Assembly: GCA_947311265.1 (NCBI GenBank)
Contig: CAMZKQ010000085.1
Location: 1-36,078 of the forward strand
Length of the DNA: 36,078 nucleotides
Origin: an uncultured Chlorobiota bacterium
GTDB lineage: Bacteria; Bacteroidota; Bacteroidia; Bacteroidales; JAADGE01
Reading direction: 5' to 3'
Shown: in pieces, positions 10,071-18,497 of the stretch
Layout of the letters: each line of letters opens with the position of its first letter
Position numbering within the stretch: the first letter of the stretch is position 1
Notes under the pieces: model-generated
What the model was told of the DNA's origin: nothing
Seen by the model: the letters and a program-made list of their open reading frames with translations, nothing else
Database searches by the model: none
Program-made: the position numbers and the translations under genes

Positions 10071-11221
10071 TTGTTTATAATTGCTAAGAATGTTTTTACA
10101 AATTTAATTTGATTTTTTTTATAATCATTTTTTTGTTTTACAGGTTTTTTTTCTGTAAAGTTAGATATTATATTATATAATTCTTTTTCATTTTTTGGTT
10201 CAAAGAATGTAACATTCTCTTTGCATTGTTCTTTGTGCACCTCAATATCTGAGAGTACAATATGTTGGCTCATTGATTTTGCGTCTTCTGCAACTGTTCC
10301 CCAGCCTTCAAATAATGAGGGTTGTATTACCGCAGTAGCTTTACTCATTAATTTGAGTTGTTCGTTTCTATCAATAAAACCGAGGAAAGAAACATGGCTA
10401 CTTAATTTTTCTATTTCAATAAAATCAAGTAAACTTTGATAAAAGTTGGGGTTCCTATAGTCAGTTGTATTTCCTGTAAAAACAATATGGCAGTTTATGT
10501 TGTCTTGTTTTAATGTCTTTACTGCCTTTAATACAGTAATGTGGTTTTTATGAGCCCAAAATTGGTTTGAGCAAATAAAGTACTTTTTAGGTATTTTAAA
10601 CTTTTTACAAAGTTTTTTAATATCTATTTTTTCGTACTCATTTTCTGCTGATACTGCGAAGGGGACTACGCTTGTTTCATTTTTACTATTCGGGTAAATT
10701 TCGTTGAAATTTTTTAAAGCGCTGTTGCTGCTAAAAACTATGTTTACTTTACGGTCAAGAAGTTCTTTTTGGTATTTTTTCCTTCCTTTGATTTCTTCTT
10801 CTGTAAAAAAAATAGGCAAAAAGTGTTCTTGAAAATCTGGAATCCAAAACAGTTTTTGTTTATCAGTAATTAGCTTAAAGTAGGGGCTGTTATTTGCAGG
10901 AAAAAGGATATCAATGTGCTCTTCTTTTGGTCGAACTTCAAAAGTGTTTTTTTTTATAACTTTCCAGCTCACTTTATTTACTGCACGTTCTAGCGTGCTA
11001 AGGTTACGCCAAGTTTTAATCTTTTCTAATTTAAGGTATTGGTAATTAATTTCATTAAGTAGGCTTAGCTCCTTTTGGTCTTTATAAAAAATAATAATTT
11101 CAGGCTTTTGTGCATCGTCAAGTAGGTTTAAAGATTTTATTAAGTTTACGATGTAGTAGGTGCCACCAATCCAGCCCTCGTTATAATTAAATGGTATTCC
11201 TATTTTAATTCTTCTATCCAT
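10058..11221 (-). CDS. GT4-family glycosyltransferase
   Basis: WIPDFQE, NQFWAHKNH, QPSLFEGWG and SDIEVHKEQ motifs. Confidence 0.92.
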   Translation of the reverse strand: MDRRIKIGIPFNYNEGWIGGTYYIVNLIKSLNLLDDAQKPEIIIFYKDQKELSLLNEINYQYLKLEKIKTWRNLSTLERAVNKVSWKVIKKNTFEVRPKEEHIDILFPANNSPYFKLITDKQKLFWIPDFQEHFLPIFFTEEEIKGRKKYQKELLDRKVNIVFSSNSALKNFNEIYPNSKNETSVVPFAVSAENEYEKIDIKKLCKKFKIPKKYFICSNQFWAHKNHITVLKAVKTLKQDNINCHIVFTGNTTDYRNPNFYQSLLDFIEIEKLSSHVSFLGFIDRNEQLKLMSKATAVIQPSLFEGWGTVAEDAKSMSQHIVLSDIEVHKEQCKENVTFFEPKNEKELYNIISNFTEKKPVKQKNDYKKNQIKFVKTFLAIINKCQN

Positions 11222-12093
11222 TTTGCATAGTTTGTTAAGCCGGCTTTTAAGGTGTGTTTTTTCGTGTAACTAATTTCTTGCAATTTTTTAATATCAGCCT
11301 TCCAATTTGTAGGGTCGCCTCTTTTTACATCGCCCGAAAATTCAAATTTTACATTTTTATTAAAAGCATTAAAAAAAACAGAAACAGCTTCGTTAATTGT
11401 AATTTCTTCTCCGTTGACAACGTTTATCTGGTTTCCGTTAAATTCTTCATTTTGGATTATTAAATCAATAGCTCTTACTAGGTCTTTTATATAAATAAAA
11501 TCACGGGTTTCCTTGCCTGTTCCAAATAGTTCGATTTTATTGTTTTTTAATGATTTTTGATATAAATCCCAAAATAATTGTTTTTTAAGACCCTCTCCGT
11601 AAGCCGAAAAAACACGTAAACTTATTGTTTTGAGTCCGAAAAATTTAGAATATTCATAAAGTAACTTTTCACTTTGTAACTTATGAAGCCCATAAGGTGA
11701 AATTGGTTTTAAAGGGTGATTTTCATCTATGGGCAAATATTCAGGGTTTCCGTAAACTGCCGCACTTGAAAAGTTTATAAATTTACATTCTTTGTTGTGT
11801 TTGTATATCGTGTCAAGTATTTTGCTTACGTTTGCTACGTTCAGGTTAAAATCTATAAACGGGTTTTGAAATGAAAATGCGACGTTTGCCGAGCCGGTGG
11901 CATTTATGCAAATATCATACTTTTGAGTAATAAAAAGTTGTTCAAAATTGGTATTTTCTTTTTCTAAATATGTATAGTTTTCTTTATTTTCATTTGTAAT
12001 ATCTGCTTGAAAAACAGAATGTTGCTTGTTTTCAAAATGTTCAGTGCAATGACTGCCGATGAAGCCTTTGCTGCCTATGATAAGTATTTTCAT
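11200..12093 (-). CDS. NAD-dependent epimerase/dehydratase
   Basis: GSKGFIG, SSAAVYG, YGLHK (YxxxK) and GTGKETRDFIY motifs. Confidence 0.93.
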   Translation of the reverse strand: MKILIIGSKGFIGSHCTEHFENKQHSVFQADITNENKENYTYLEKENTNFEQLFITQKYDICINATGSANVAFSFQNPFIDFNLNVANVSKILDTIYKHNKECKFINFSSAAVYGNPEYLPIDENHPLKPISPYGLHKLQSEKLLYEYSKFFGLKTISLRVFSAYGEGLKKQLFWDLYQKSLKNNKIELFGTGKETRDFIYIKDLVRAIDLIIQNEEFNGNQINVVNGEEITINEAVSVFFNAFNKNVKFEFSGDVKRGDPTNWKADIKKLQEISYTKKHTLKAGLTNYAKWIEELK

Positions 12094-12378
12094 TTGTCTG
12101 TATTCTTTATAAAATAACCGCCTGTTTTTTTACTTACGAATATTTTTACATATCTCTGTCTAACGTATTTATTGGGATATTAAGTTCTTTTGACAATGTT
12201 TTTATTTGAATACCCGGTTTTTTTTATTGCTCTTTATTAATTCTTGGTTCTTATAAAAAGTTGTCCAAAATATATTCATATCAAATTTAAAATCAGGTTC
12301 AGGTATTTTATAATTAATACAAACGTTTAAATTCAACTTGTTTGTTTTTACCGTGCGAAATTATATTAGAAAGTTCAT
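12090..12378 (-). pseudogene. Collapsed remnant of an AlbA_2/Schlafen-type ATP-binding, wHTH-terminated protein
   Basis: Fragments in different frames: ISHGKNKQVEFK, NYKIPEPDFKFDMNIFWTTFYK, KKPGIQIKTLSKELNIPINTLDR and SKKTGGYFIK. ATGA overlaps are retained with both neighbouring genes. Confidence 0.65.
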
Positions 12379-13214
12379 TTTTTTAATGCGATATATGAAT
12401 ACATTCTGCCGGGTATATTCGTTTCGTAAGTGATATTATTTGTTTTTTTATCAATATGAAAATTATACAACGATAGAACAAAAGGCAAATTAGCGAGAAA
12501 CCCGATTTTATTTTTTAAATGTTGCTTTCTGTTTTGTTTATAATGTTCTCCGGGGAAATAATTTATTTCACTATCGTAAAATTTTAATTCTTTTTGTAAT
12601 GATAAGCCGGCTTGTGATATTGCATTTTTGTATTGTTCGGAAGTAAAAGCATTTTCGCCTCCGTAATATTTTTGTAAAGGGTGGTTTTCTAAAAACCATT
12701 TCTTATCTTCTTCATTATAAATCACATGGTCTCTAACTGTAAGAAATAAGCCTCCGCTTTTTAAGACCCTTGCCATTTCTGCTACAAATTTATTCAGGTC
12801 GTTCGCATGGTGCATTGATTGACGTGCAAATACTATATCAAAAGAGTTGTCCGGGAATTTAATATTTTCGGCAAAATCTTCATAAACAGAAATATTTGAC
12901 AGATTATAATGATTTTTAAGTTTTTTTATTGCACCTGCTCCTATTGTTTCGCTTTTATCAGGTTCTACGGAAGTTACAGTATATCCATCTAATGCAAAAG
13001 ATATTGATGTTATGCCGTTTCCGCAACCTACATCTAATATATTTCTTGCTTTTGGTGCAAATTTTTTTATTATTTTTATTGTTTCTCTATATTCATTTCC
13101 CGATTTGTAAAGTTCTACATTTTCGGGCAAATCTGCATCAAGATAGGCAAGGCGAACCAAGTCTTTGTATTCTTCTTTTGTTCTGATGTATTGTATGGTT
13201 TCTTCCCAAGTCAT
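12375..13214 (-). CDS. Class I SAM-dependent methyltransferase
   Basis: ILDVGCGNG, FPDNSFDIV and MARVLKSGG motifs. Confidence 0.93.
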   Translation of the reverse strand: MTWEETIQYIRTKEEYKDLVRLAYLDADLPENVELYKSGNEYRETIKIIKKFAPKARNILDVGCGNGITSISFALDGYTVTSVEPDKSETIGAGAIKKLKNHYNLSNISVYEDFAENIKFPDNSFDIVFARQSMHHANDLNKFVAEMARVLKSGGLFLTVRDHVIYNEEDKKWFLENHPLQKYYGGENAFTSEQYKNAISQAGLSLQKELKFYDSEINYFPGEHYKQNRKQHLKNKIGFLANLPFVLSLYNFHIDKKTNNITYETNIPGRMYSYIALKK

Positions 13215-13215
13215 T

Positions 13216-13899
13216 TTATTTTAATTTTTTTATGATTTTAGCTGGGTTGCCACCTACTACCGTCCAGTCGTGAACGTCTTTGGTTACAACGCTTCCCGAA
13301 GCCACAATTGAACCTTCACCTATTGTTACTCCTTTCATTATAATTGAGTTGAAACCTACCCAGGCTTTATCTTTTACAATTATCTTTGAACTTTTTACAT
13401 TAGACCAATCTTTATATTTGCCGATTTTTTCTTCTTCAATACCTCGCTTCCAATCTGTAACATCATTTTTTCTTTCTTCCCAATTTACCGAATGTGAATT
13501 ATTGTCAGCAACGGTTATTCCCCACGAAAATAATACATCAGAGCCTATTTCTATTCCTTCAATAGCTATAAACATACAATTTCCACCTATAAAAGTCCTG
13601 TCGCCTATTGTTATTTTCCCTTTGTCAATTTCAAAAATATAATTACCGGATATTAAGCAATCGTTCCCGATTTCCATAAATACATGACCTTTTTTTTGAT
13701 TACGAATACTTATATTGAAATTTTCTAATCTAGTATTTTTTCCGATAACCAATAAATTTTGTTTTTTATACAGTTCAATTGTATTTAATGTATCTTTACT
13801 TCTTAAAGGATAAAATTTGTGGTATATTTTTCTTAAAACTCTTTTGAAGATATTAGAATTCGTTTTTTTTTGAGAAATCTTTTTTAAATTTAATCGCAA
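13216..13899 (-). CDS. Hexapeptide-repeat (LbH) O-acyltransferase; start uncertain
   Basis: ITIGDRTFIGG, DNNSHS, KGVTIGEGSIVASGSVVTKDV and GGNPAK motifs. No ATG near the N-terminus. Confidence 0.88.
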   Translation of the reverse strand: MRLNLKKISQKKTNSNIFKRVLRKIYHKFYPLRSKDTLNTIELYKKQNLLVIGKNTRLENFNISIRNQKKGHVFMEIGNDCLISGNYIFEIDKGKITIGDRTFIGGNCMFIAIEGIEIGSDVLFSWGITVADNNSHSVNWEERKNDVTDWKRGIEEEKIGKYKDWSNVKSSKIIVKDKAWVGFNSIIMKGVTIGEGSIVASGSVVTKDVHDWTVVGGNPAKIIKKLK

Positions 13900-14713
13900 T
13901 CTTTTTTTTTATTTTTTTATTAATAATTATCGTTTGCTTCTTTATTTCAATAGGATTTAATATTAAATTGTTATTGTATATAATTTCACTATTTGTATGT
14001 GTAGCATCTTCACCTACACCAATATTTTTTATTAAAGATTGATTTGGGTGCAAAAAAAGTCCTTTTTTTAAGAAATAAGAAGCATAAAAACGAATTGCCC
14101 ATGAGTTTACTTCGTTTTTTGATTGTTTAATAAGCATATTCCAATACGGATAATCTCCGAAATTAAATTTTTTAATTAGTTTTTTGTTTTTAATTTTATT
14201 TATCAGCTTATTTGCATCAGGTTCAAAATCAGCCCATGCACGATTCCATGTTGCCCAACCCCAGGAAGAGCCAATTTCAAGAAAAAAAGTATCCGGTAAT
14301 TTTTTGTCGGGATAAAATGAATAGGCTGAAATTCCGTAAACATTTATTTCATCTTCATAAATATCCAAAGCATCGTTCATATATTTCAAAAAATACTTTG
14401 ATGTAATTAAATCGTCTTCGAGAACAATTATTTTACCGTATTTGTTTACAATATTGGTAACTCCGTCTATTATATTATCGGCAAGTCCCCAATTTTTTTC
14501 TCTTTCAATAATTGTAACTTTTTTAAAACCTATAATTGTCTCAATATAATTTCTTACTTCTGCAACTTTTGTGTCGTTTTCTTGTTTTGCACCGTCGGCA
14601 TAAATAAACAACTCGCTATCGGCAGCGAGATGATTTTTTTGCAGGGCTTCAACGGTTTGTTGTGTATGCCAAGGGCGGTTGTAAACGAATAATATTATTG
14701 GGGCTATGTTCAT
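13853..14713 (-). CDS. GT2/GT-A fold glycosyltransferase
   Basis: APIILFVYNRP, IYADG, IVLEDD, SWGWATW and SWAIRF motifs. Confidence 0.92.
   Translation of the reverse strand: MNIAPIILFVYNRPWHTQQTVEALQKNHLAADSELFIYADGAKQENDTKVAEVRNYIETIIGFKKVTIIEREKNWGLADNIIDGVTNIVNKYGKIIVLEDDLITSKYFLKYMNDALDIYEDEINVYGISAYSFYPDKKLPDTFFLEIGSSWGWATWNRAWADFEPDANKLINKIKNKKLIKKFNFGDYPYWNMLIKQSKNEVNSWAIRFYASYFLKKGLFLHPNQSLIKNIGVGEDATHTNSEIIYNNNLILNPIEIKKQTIIINKKIKKKIAIKFKKDFSKKNEF
14564..14701. repeat. 138-bp direct repeat, copy A (5' end of intact GT2)
   Basis: Aligns without gaps to 15539-15676, including a >50-bp identical block ttttttgcagggcttcaacgg...gtaaacgaata. Confidence 0.95.
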
Positions 14714-15488
14714 AATAGTTTTTTTACTTCTTCCATAAATAAATATTCTCGTTCTAATTTTTCTGTTAGTAATGAATTTTCACTATCAGTAATATTTTCC
14801 TTATAATCATATTTCTTTTCTCTACGCATTGAAAATGTATAGCCTATCTTTGCAGATAATTTTTGCATATCTTCATTTAAAGTTTCTGTAAATAATATCT
14901 CTATTTTATTTTTCCCTAAAAATTCGATTGCCTCTTCTTTGTTGTAATTTGCAGAAAACATGTAAAGTTGTCTTAAAAGGTGTTCTCTCGGAATATTTTT
15001 GAGAAAATCAGAAAAATTTTCCCCTAACCATTTCCCTTCTTCTAACATTGCAGGGTGTTGTATATTATTAATTTGATAATATTTTATCATATTGTAATGA
15101 GAAATAACTCGTTTTGCAGGGTCTCGGAAACAAGTTATTTTCATAATATTCTTTTTAATAGCTAATTCATGTGCCGGAATATGTGAAAAAGCATAAAAAT
15201 AATTTCCCTGTTCAATTAATTTATGTTGCCAACCCACAAATATTTTATTTTTTAGCTTTAATCTATTATTAGGTTCTTGTGCTAAACTTTCATAAAATTT
15301 TGAAACAATTTTAGGTTTAACAATATTTAAGAAAGCAAAATTTATTGAAGTCCCTCCTGTCTTCCTTATATGATAGTGATAAATTTTTTTGTGTAAAAGT
15401 GTGATAACCCGGCTAAATATTTTTCGTGTAAAATATCACGGTAACGGTTATTCTTAATAATATATTTTAATGTATCTATTTTACTCAT
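14710..15488 (-). pseudogene. PAPS-dependent sulfotransferase, split by a one-base frameshift (~259 aa if repaired)
   Basis: Upstream of the listed GTG ORF the same frame reads IYHYHIRKTGGTS (5'-PSB loop), and FRDPAKRVISHY (3'-PB) follows. The ATG at 15488 joins this frame if the A7 run (T7 at 15384-15390) is A8. Confidence 0.85.
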
Positions 15489-15499
15489 TTTGTATCTAT

Positions 15500-15688
15500 T
15501 TATTTCAAAATTATTTTGATACAATCCTTTACTTGCGTAACTTTTGTATCGTTTTCTTGTTTTGCACCATCGGCATATATAAATAACTCACTTTGGCTTG
15601 CCAATTCATTTTTTTGCAGGGCTTCAACGGTTTGTTGTGTATGCCAAGGGCGGTTGTAAACGAATAGTATTATTGGAGATAGTTTTAT
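15500..15688 (-). pseudogene. Truncated duplicate of the GT2 N-terminus (62 codons, ATA in the start position)
   Basis: IKLSPIILFVYNRPWHTQQTVEALQKNELASQSELFIYADGAKQENDTKV... is nearly identical to the N-terminus of 13853-14713; TAA at 15500-15502. Confidence 0.9.
15539..15676. repeat. 138-bp direct repeat, copy B
   Basis: Matches 14564-14701. Confidence 0.95.
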
Positions 15689-16416
15689 GTATTTCCTTTA
15701 TCAATAAAAAATATGGTGTTAAATGTTTTGGCAAAAAAAGTATAATTTACAGTATACATAAATTCTTTCAATTCTGCCGGAATAACATTACTTTTATCAA
15801 GTGCTTCGGCTAACACAACTTTGGGTCTGTATTTATCCCAGTTGTTTGATTTTAAAACTTGCATATCTAAACCCTCTACATCAATACTGAAAAAATCTAT
15901 TTCTTGATTTTTTGGTAAATATTTGTCCAATATATCTTCTAACCTTAATACCTTAATTTTTTTCTTTTCAACAACTTTATAATTACTCAGTCCATCTTTT
16001 TTTTTCGCTTCTGCTTCCGAAAAAGTATTTAATGCAGGTTCGTTAAAAATATGGTATGTTAGGTTTTCCTCTTTATCACTAATTCCCACTTCTAAATTAA
16101 TGTCTTTAGGTCTTATTTTATTAAATAAATCCATTACTTTTGGCATTGGGTCGATATTGATTCCTTGCCAACCTCTTTTGTAAAACAGATATGTATTTGA
16201 AAATCGCTTAGGGTGATGAGCTCCTACATCGACAAAAAAACCATCATTTTTACCTTCAAAGATTCTTTGTAAGATTAAATCCTCGCCTTCTTGTGAATAT
16301 GATAAGTTTGCATATTCTAATTCTATTTTGTGCTTTTGTATTAAATTATGTTCGTAGAATCTTTTAATAATTGGCGGTGTTAACCTTTTTATCGTTTTTT
16401 TTATTTTTTGTTTCAT
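15685..16416 (-). CDS. FkbM-family methyltransferase
   Basis: SYSQEGED, FVDVGAHHP..SNT and IDFFSIDVEGLD motifs. Confidence 0.93.
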   Translation of the reverse strand: MKQKIKKTIKRLTPPIIKRFYEHNLIQKHKIELEYANLSYSQEGEDLILQRIFEGKNDGFFVDVGAHHPKRFSNTYLFYKRGWQGINIDPMPKVMDLFNKIRPKDINLEVGISDKEENLTYHIFNEPALNTFSEAEAKKKDGLSNYKVVEKKKIKVLRLEDILDKYLPKNQEIDFFSIDVEGLDMQVLKSNNWDKYRPKVVLAEALDKSNVIPAELKEFMYTVNYTFFAKTFNTIFFIDKGNT

Positions 16417-16426
16417 TTAAATTTAT

Positions 16427-17131
16427 TTAGTAGCCACCTCCTATTGGAATTACAGGTTGTTTTGTAATCGGTTTAAATTGGGTGTTTCTCTTGAAGAAAA
16501 AAGAGGTCGTCCAAGTATAATTATTTATAGGACCTAGTCCATGCATGTCTACTTGTAAAAAGTCCAACTTTCTGAAATTTTCAGAAATGTCCGGATGCCT
16601 ATCAGAATTATCCAAAATTATTAAACCATTTTCTTTTAAATGTAAATGACTTAACTCAGAACACTTTTTACGCTCAATACCATCAATAATTATAATATCA
16701 AATTTAATATCAAGTTTTGATATTGACAATATATAATCATCTTTCTCTTCCTTTAAAAAAATGAAGTTATTCGATAACTTTTCTTTTTGAATTTTACTGT
16801 ACCATTCTTTTTTACTTTCAATGCTATATACTTCTTTGGATTTTTGAGCAAAAAATAATTATGAATTACCACAACCCCATTCAAAAATGGCACAACTACT
16901 CAAATCTAATTGATTTAAATATTCTATTGCGGGATAAGTAAACCAAGGTAAAGGTTTAGCGTTATTATTAACAGGAATACCCTTTGCCCTAGTTAATTTG
17001 TGTCCATACTGATTTTCGATAATATCAACATAACCAGGTAGTTTAGTTCTTTCAAAAAAAATTTCTATTCTAAATGTTTTAGCAACTAGAACAATTCCTT
17101 TTTTTACTATTTTCTTTATGATTTGTTTCAT
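16427..17131 (-). pseudogene. SAM-dependent methyltransferase interrupted by one in-frame TAA
   Basis: PLPWFTYPAIEYL..IFEWGCGNS*LFFAQKSKEVYSIE..FDIIIIDG..ILDNSD. ORFs 16859-17131 and 16427-16729 share a frame with no other stop between them. Confidence 0.88.
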
Positions 17132-18381
17132 ATTTGGTTAATCTCAAATTTAGGAAAAATAATTCCTGTTATTAATTTTGTATTCATGAAATTATAAGGG
17201 TTTCCATCTGCTATTTCAAATTGCAGTATATCTTGCATCCAATCTTGTATAATATCACCTGTTTTTAAAAATAATGTCAAGCTATATAAACCCGGCGCAA
17301 GATTATTACTTATTTTTATTAAATATCTCTGATTATTTGATTTGTGAGTAATTTCTTTATTGATAAATTTATTACTAACATGAATAATCCTTTTTTGCTT
17401 ACTGTCTTGAATTCCAATCCCGATATCTAAATCATTAAATTTATTATTATCAATACTCACTATTTTAAGTTCAAGTTCTATATTCTCACCAAATTTAATA
17501 GGGTAATTAATAAACTTTAATTTATTGAAAAATATTTCAGATTTCTTCCTTTTTACATTATTAAAATTAATTTCTTGTCCTTTTAAAATATTCTTATTTG
17601 CAATGTATCTGTCTATTACATTATCTGTTTTATTTCTGTAAACTATTCTTCCATTTTCTAAAAGGATTGCTTTACTACATAATAAGCTAACTGAATTAAG
17701 GTTATGACTAACAAAAAGCACCGTCCTACCTCCACCTTTGCTAACATCTTGCATTTTCCCAATCGCTTTTTTCTGAAATTCGGCATCGCCTACGGCAAGC
17801 ACTTCATCTACAACAAGAATATCCGGTTCTAAGTGGGCGGCAACTGCAAATGCAAGGCGAACATACATTCCGGAGCTGTATCGTTTTACGGGAGTATCTA
17901 AGTATTTAGCAACTCCGGCAAATTCTACAATTTCATCAAGTTTTAGTTTGATGTCGTTTTTTGTCATTCCCAAAATAGCTCCGTTGAGGAATATGTTTTC
18001 TTTACCCGTAAGTTCTGGGTGGAAACCTGTTCCTACTTCGAGCAGGCTGGCAATTCTGCCTTTTACTTTTATTGCTCCGGTTGTGGGTCCGGTTACTTGT
18101 GAGAGGAGTTTTAGTAATGTCGATTTTCCTGCTCCATTTTTGCCAATTATTCCAAGTATCTCGCCTTGTTTTACTTCAAGGTTTATATCTTTTAATGCCC
18201 AAACATAGTCGCCTCCTGCTTTTCCAAGCGTGTTTTCTTGTCCTATTTTTAGTAAAGGGTCTTCCTTGCCTCGTATGCGATACCACCATGCCTGCATATC
18301 CCCTTTAAGGGTATTTGAGCCTACAAGCCCTAAGCGATAGCGTTTTGATATATTTTCTAATTTTATTGCTATGTCCGACAT
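17128..18381 (-). CDS. wzt: Polysaccharide ABC exporter ATP-binding subunit Wzt with C-terminal extension
   Basis: Walker A GKNGAGKST, LEVGTGFHPELTG, YSSGMYVRLAF, VDEVLAVGD and VSHN, then a ~170-aa C-terminal domain. Confidence 0.95.
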   Translation of the reverse strand: MSDIAIKLENISKRYRLGLVGSNTLKGDMQAWWYRIRGKEDPLLKIGQENTLGKAGGDYVWALKDINLEVKQGEILGIIGKNGAGKSTLLKLLSQVTGPTTGAIKVKGRIASLLEVGTGFHPELTGKENIFLNGAILGMTKNDIKLKLDEIVEFAGVAKYLDTPVKRYSSGMYVRLAFAVAAHLEPDILVVDEVLAVGDAEFQKKAIGKMQDVSKGGGRTVLFVSHNLNSVSLLCSKAILLENGRIVYRNKTDNVIDRYIANKNILKGQEINFNNVKRKKSEIFFNKLKFINYPIKFGENIELELKIVSIDNNKFNDLDIGIGIQDSKQKRIIHVSNKFINKEITHKSNNQRYLIKISNNLAPGLYSLTLFLKTGDIIQDWMQDILQFEIADGNPYNFMNTKLITGIIFPKFEINQI

Positions 18382-18497
18382 AATTTATTTATCCAAATTT
18401 AATAGGCTTTTAGCCGTTGCGTATTTTAGTAAGTTCATTACATACTCTAATACTTGATATTGCTTATCTTTTTATTAATTTTATGAAACACATAAAA

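Noticed and set aside
16859-16861. Stop-codon recoding (Sec/Pyl or alternative genetic code)
   Set aside because: The codon is TAA, which terminates many genes here; a point mutation is the simpler explanation.
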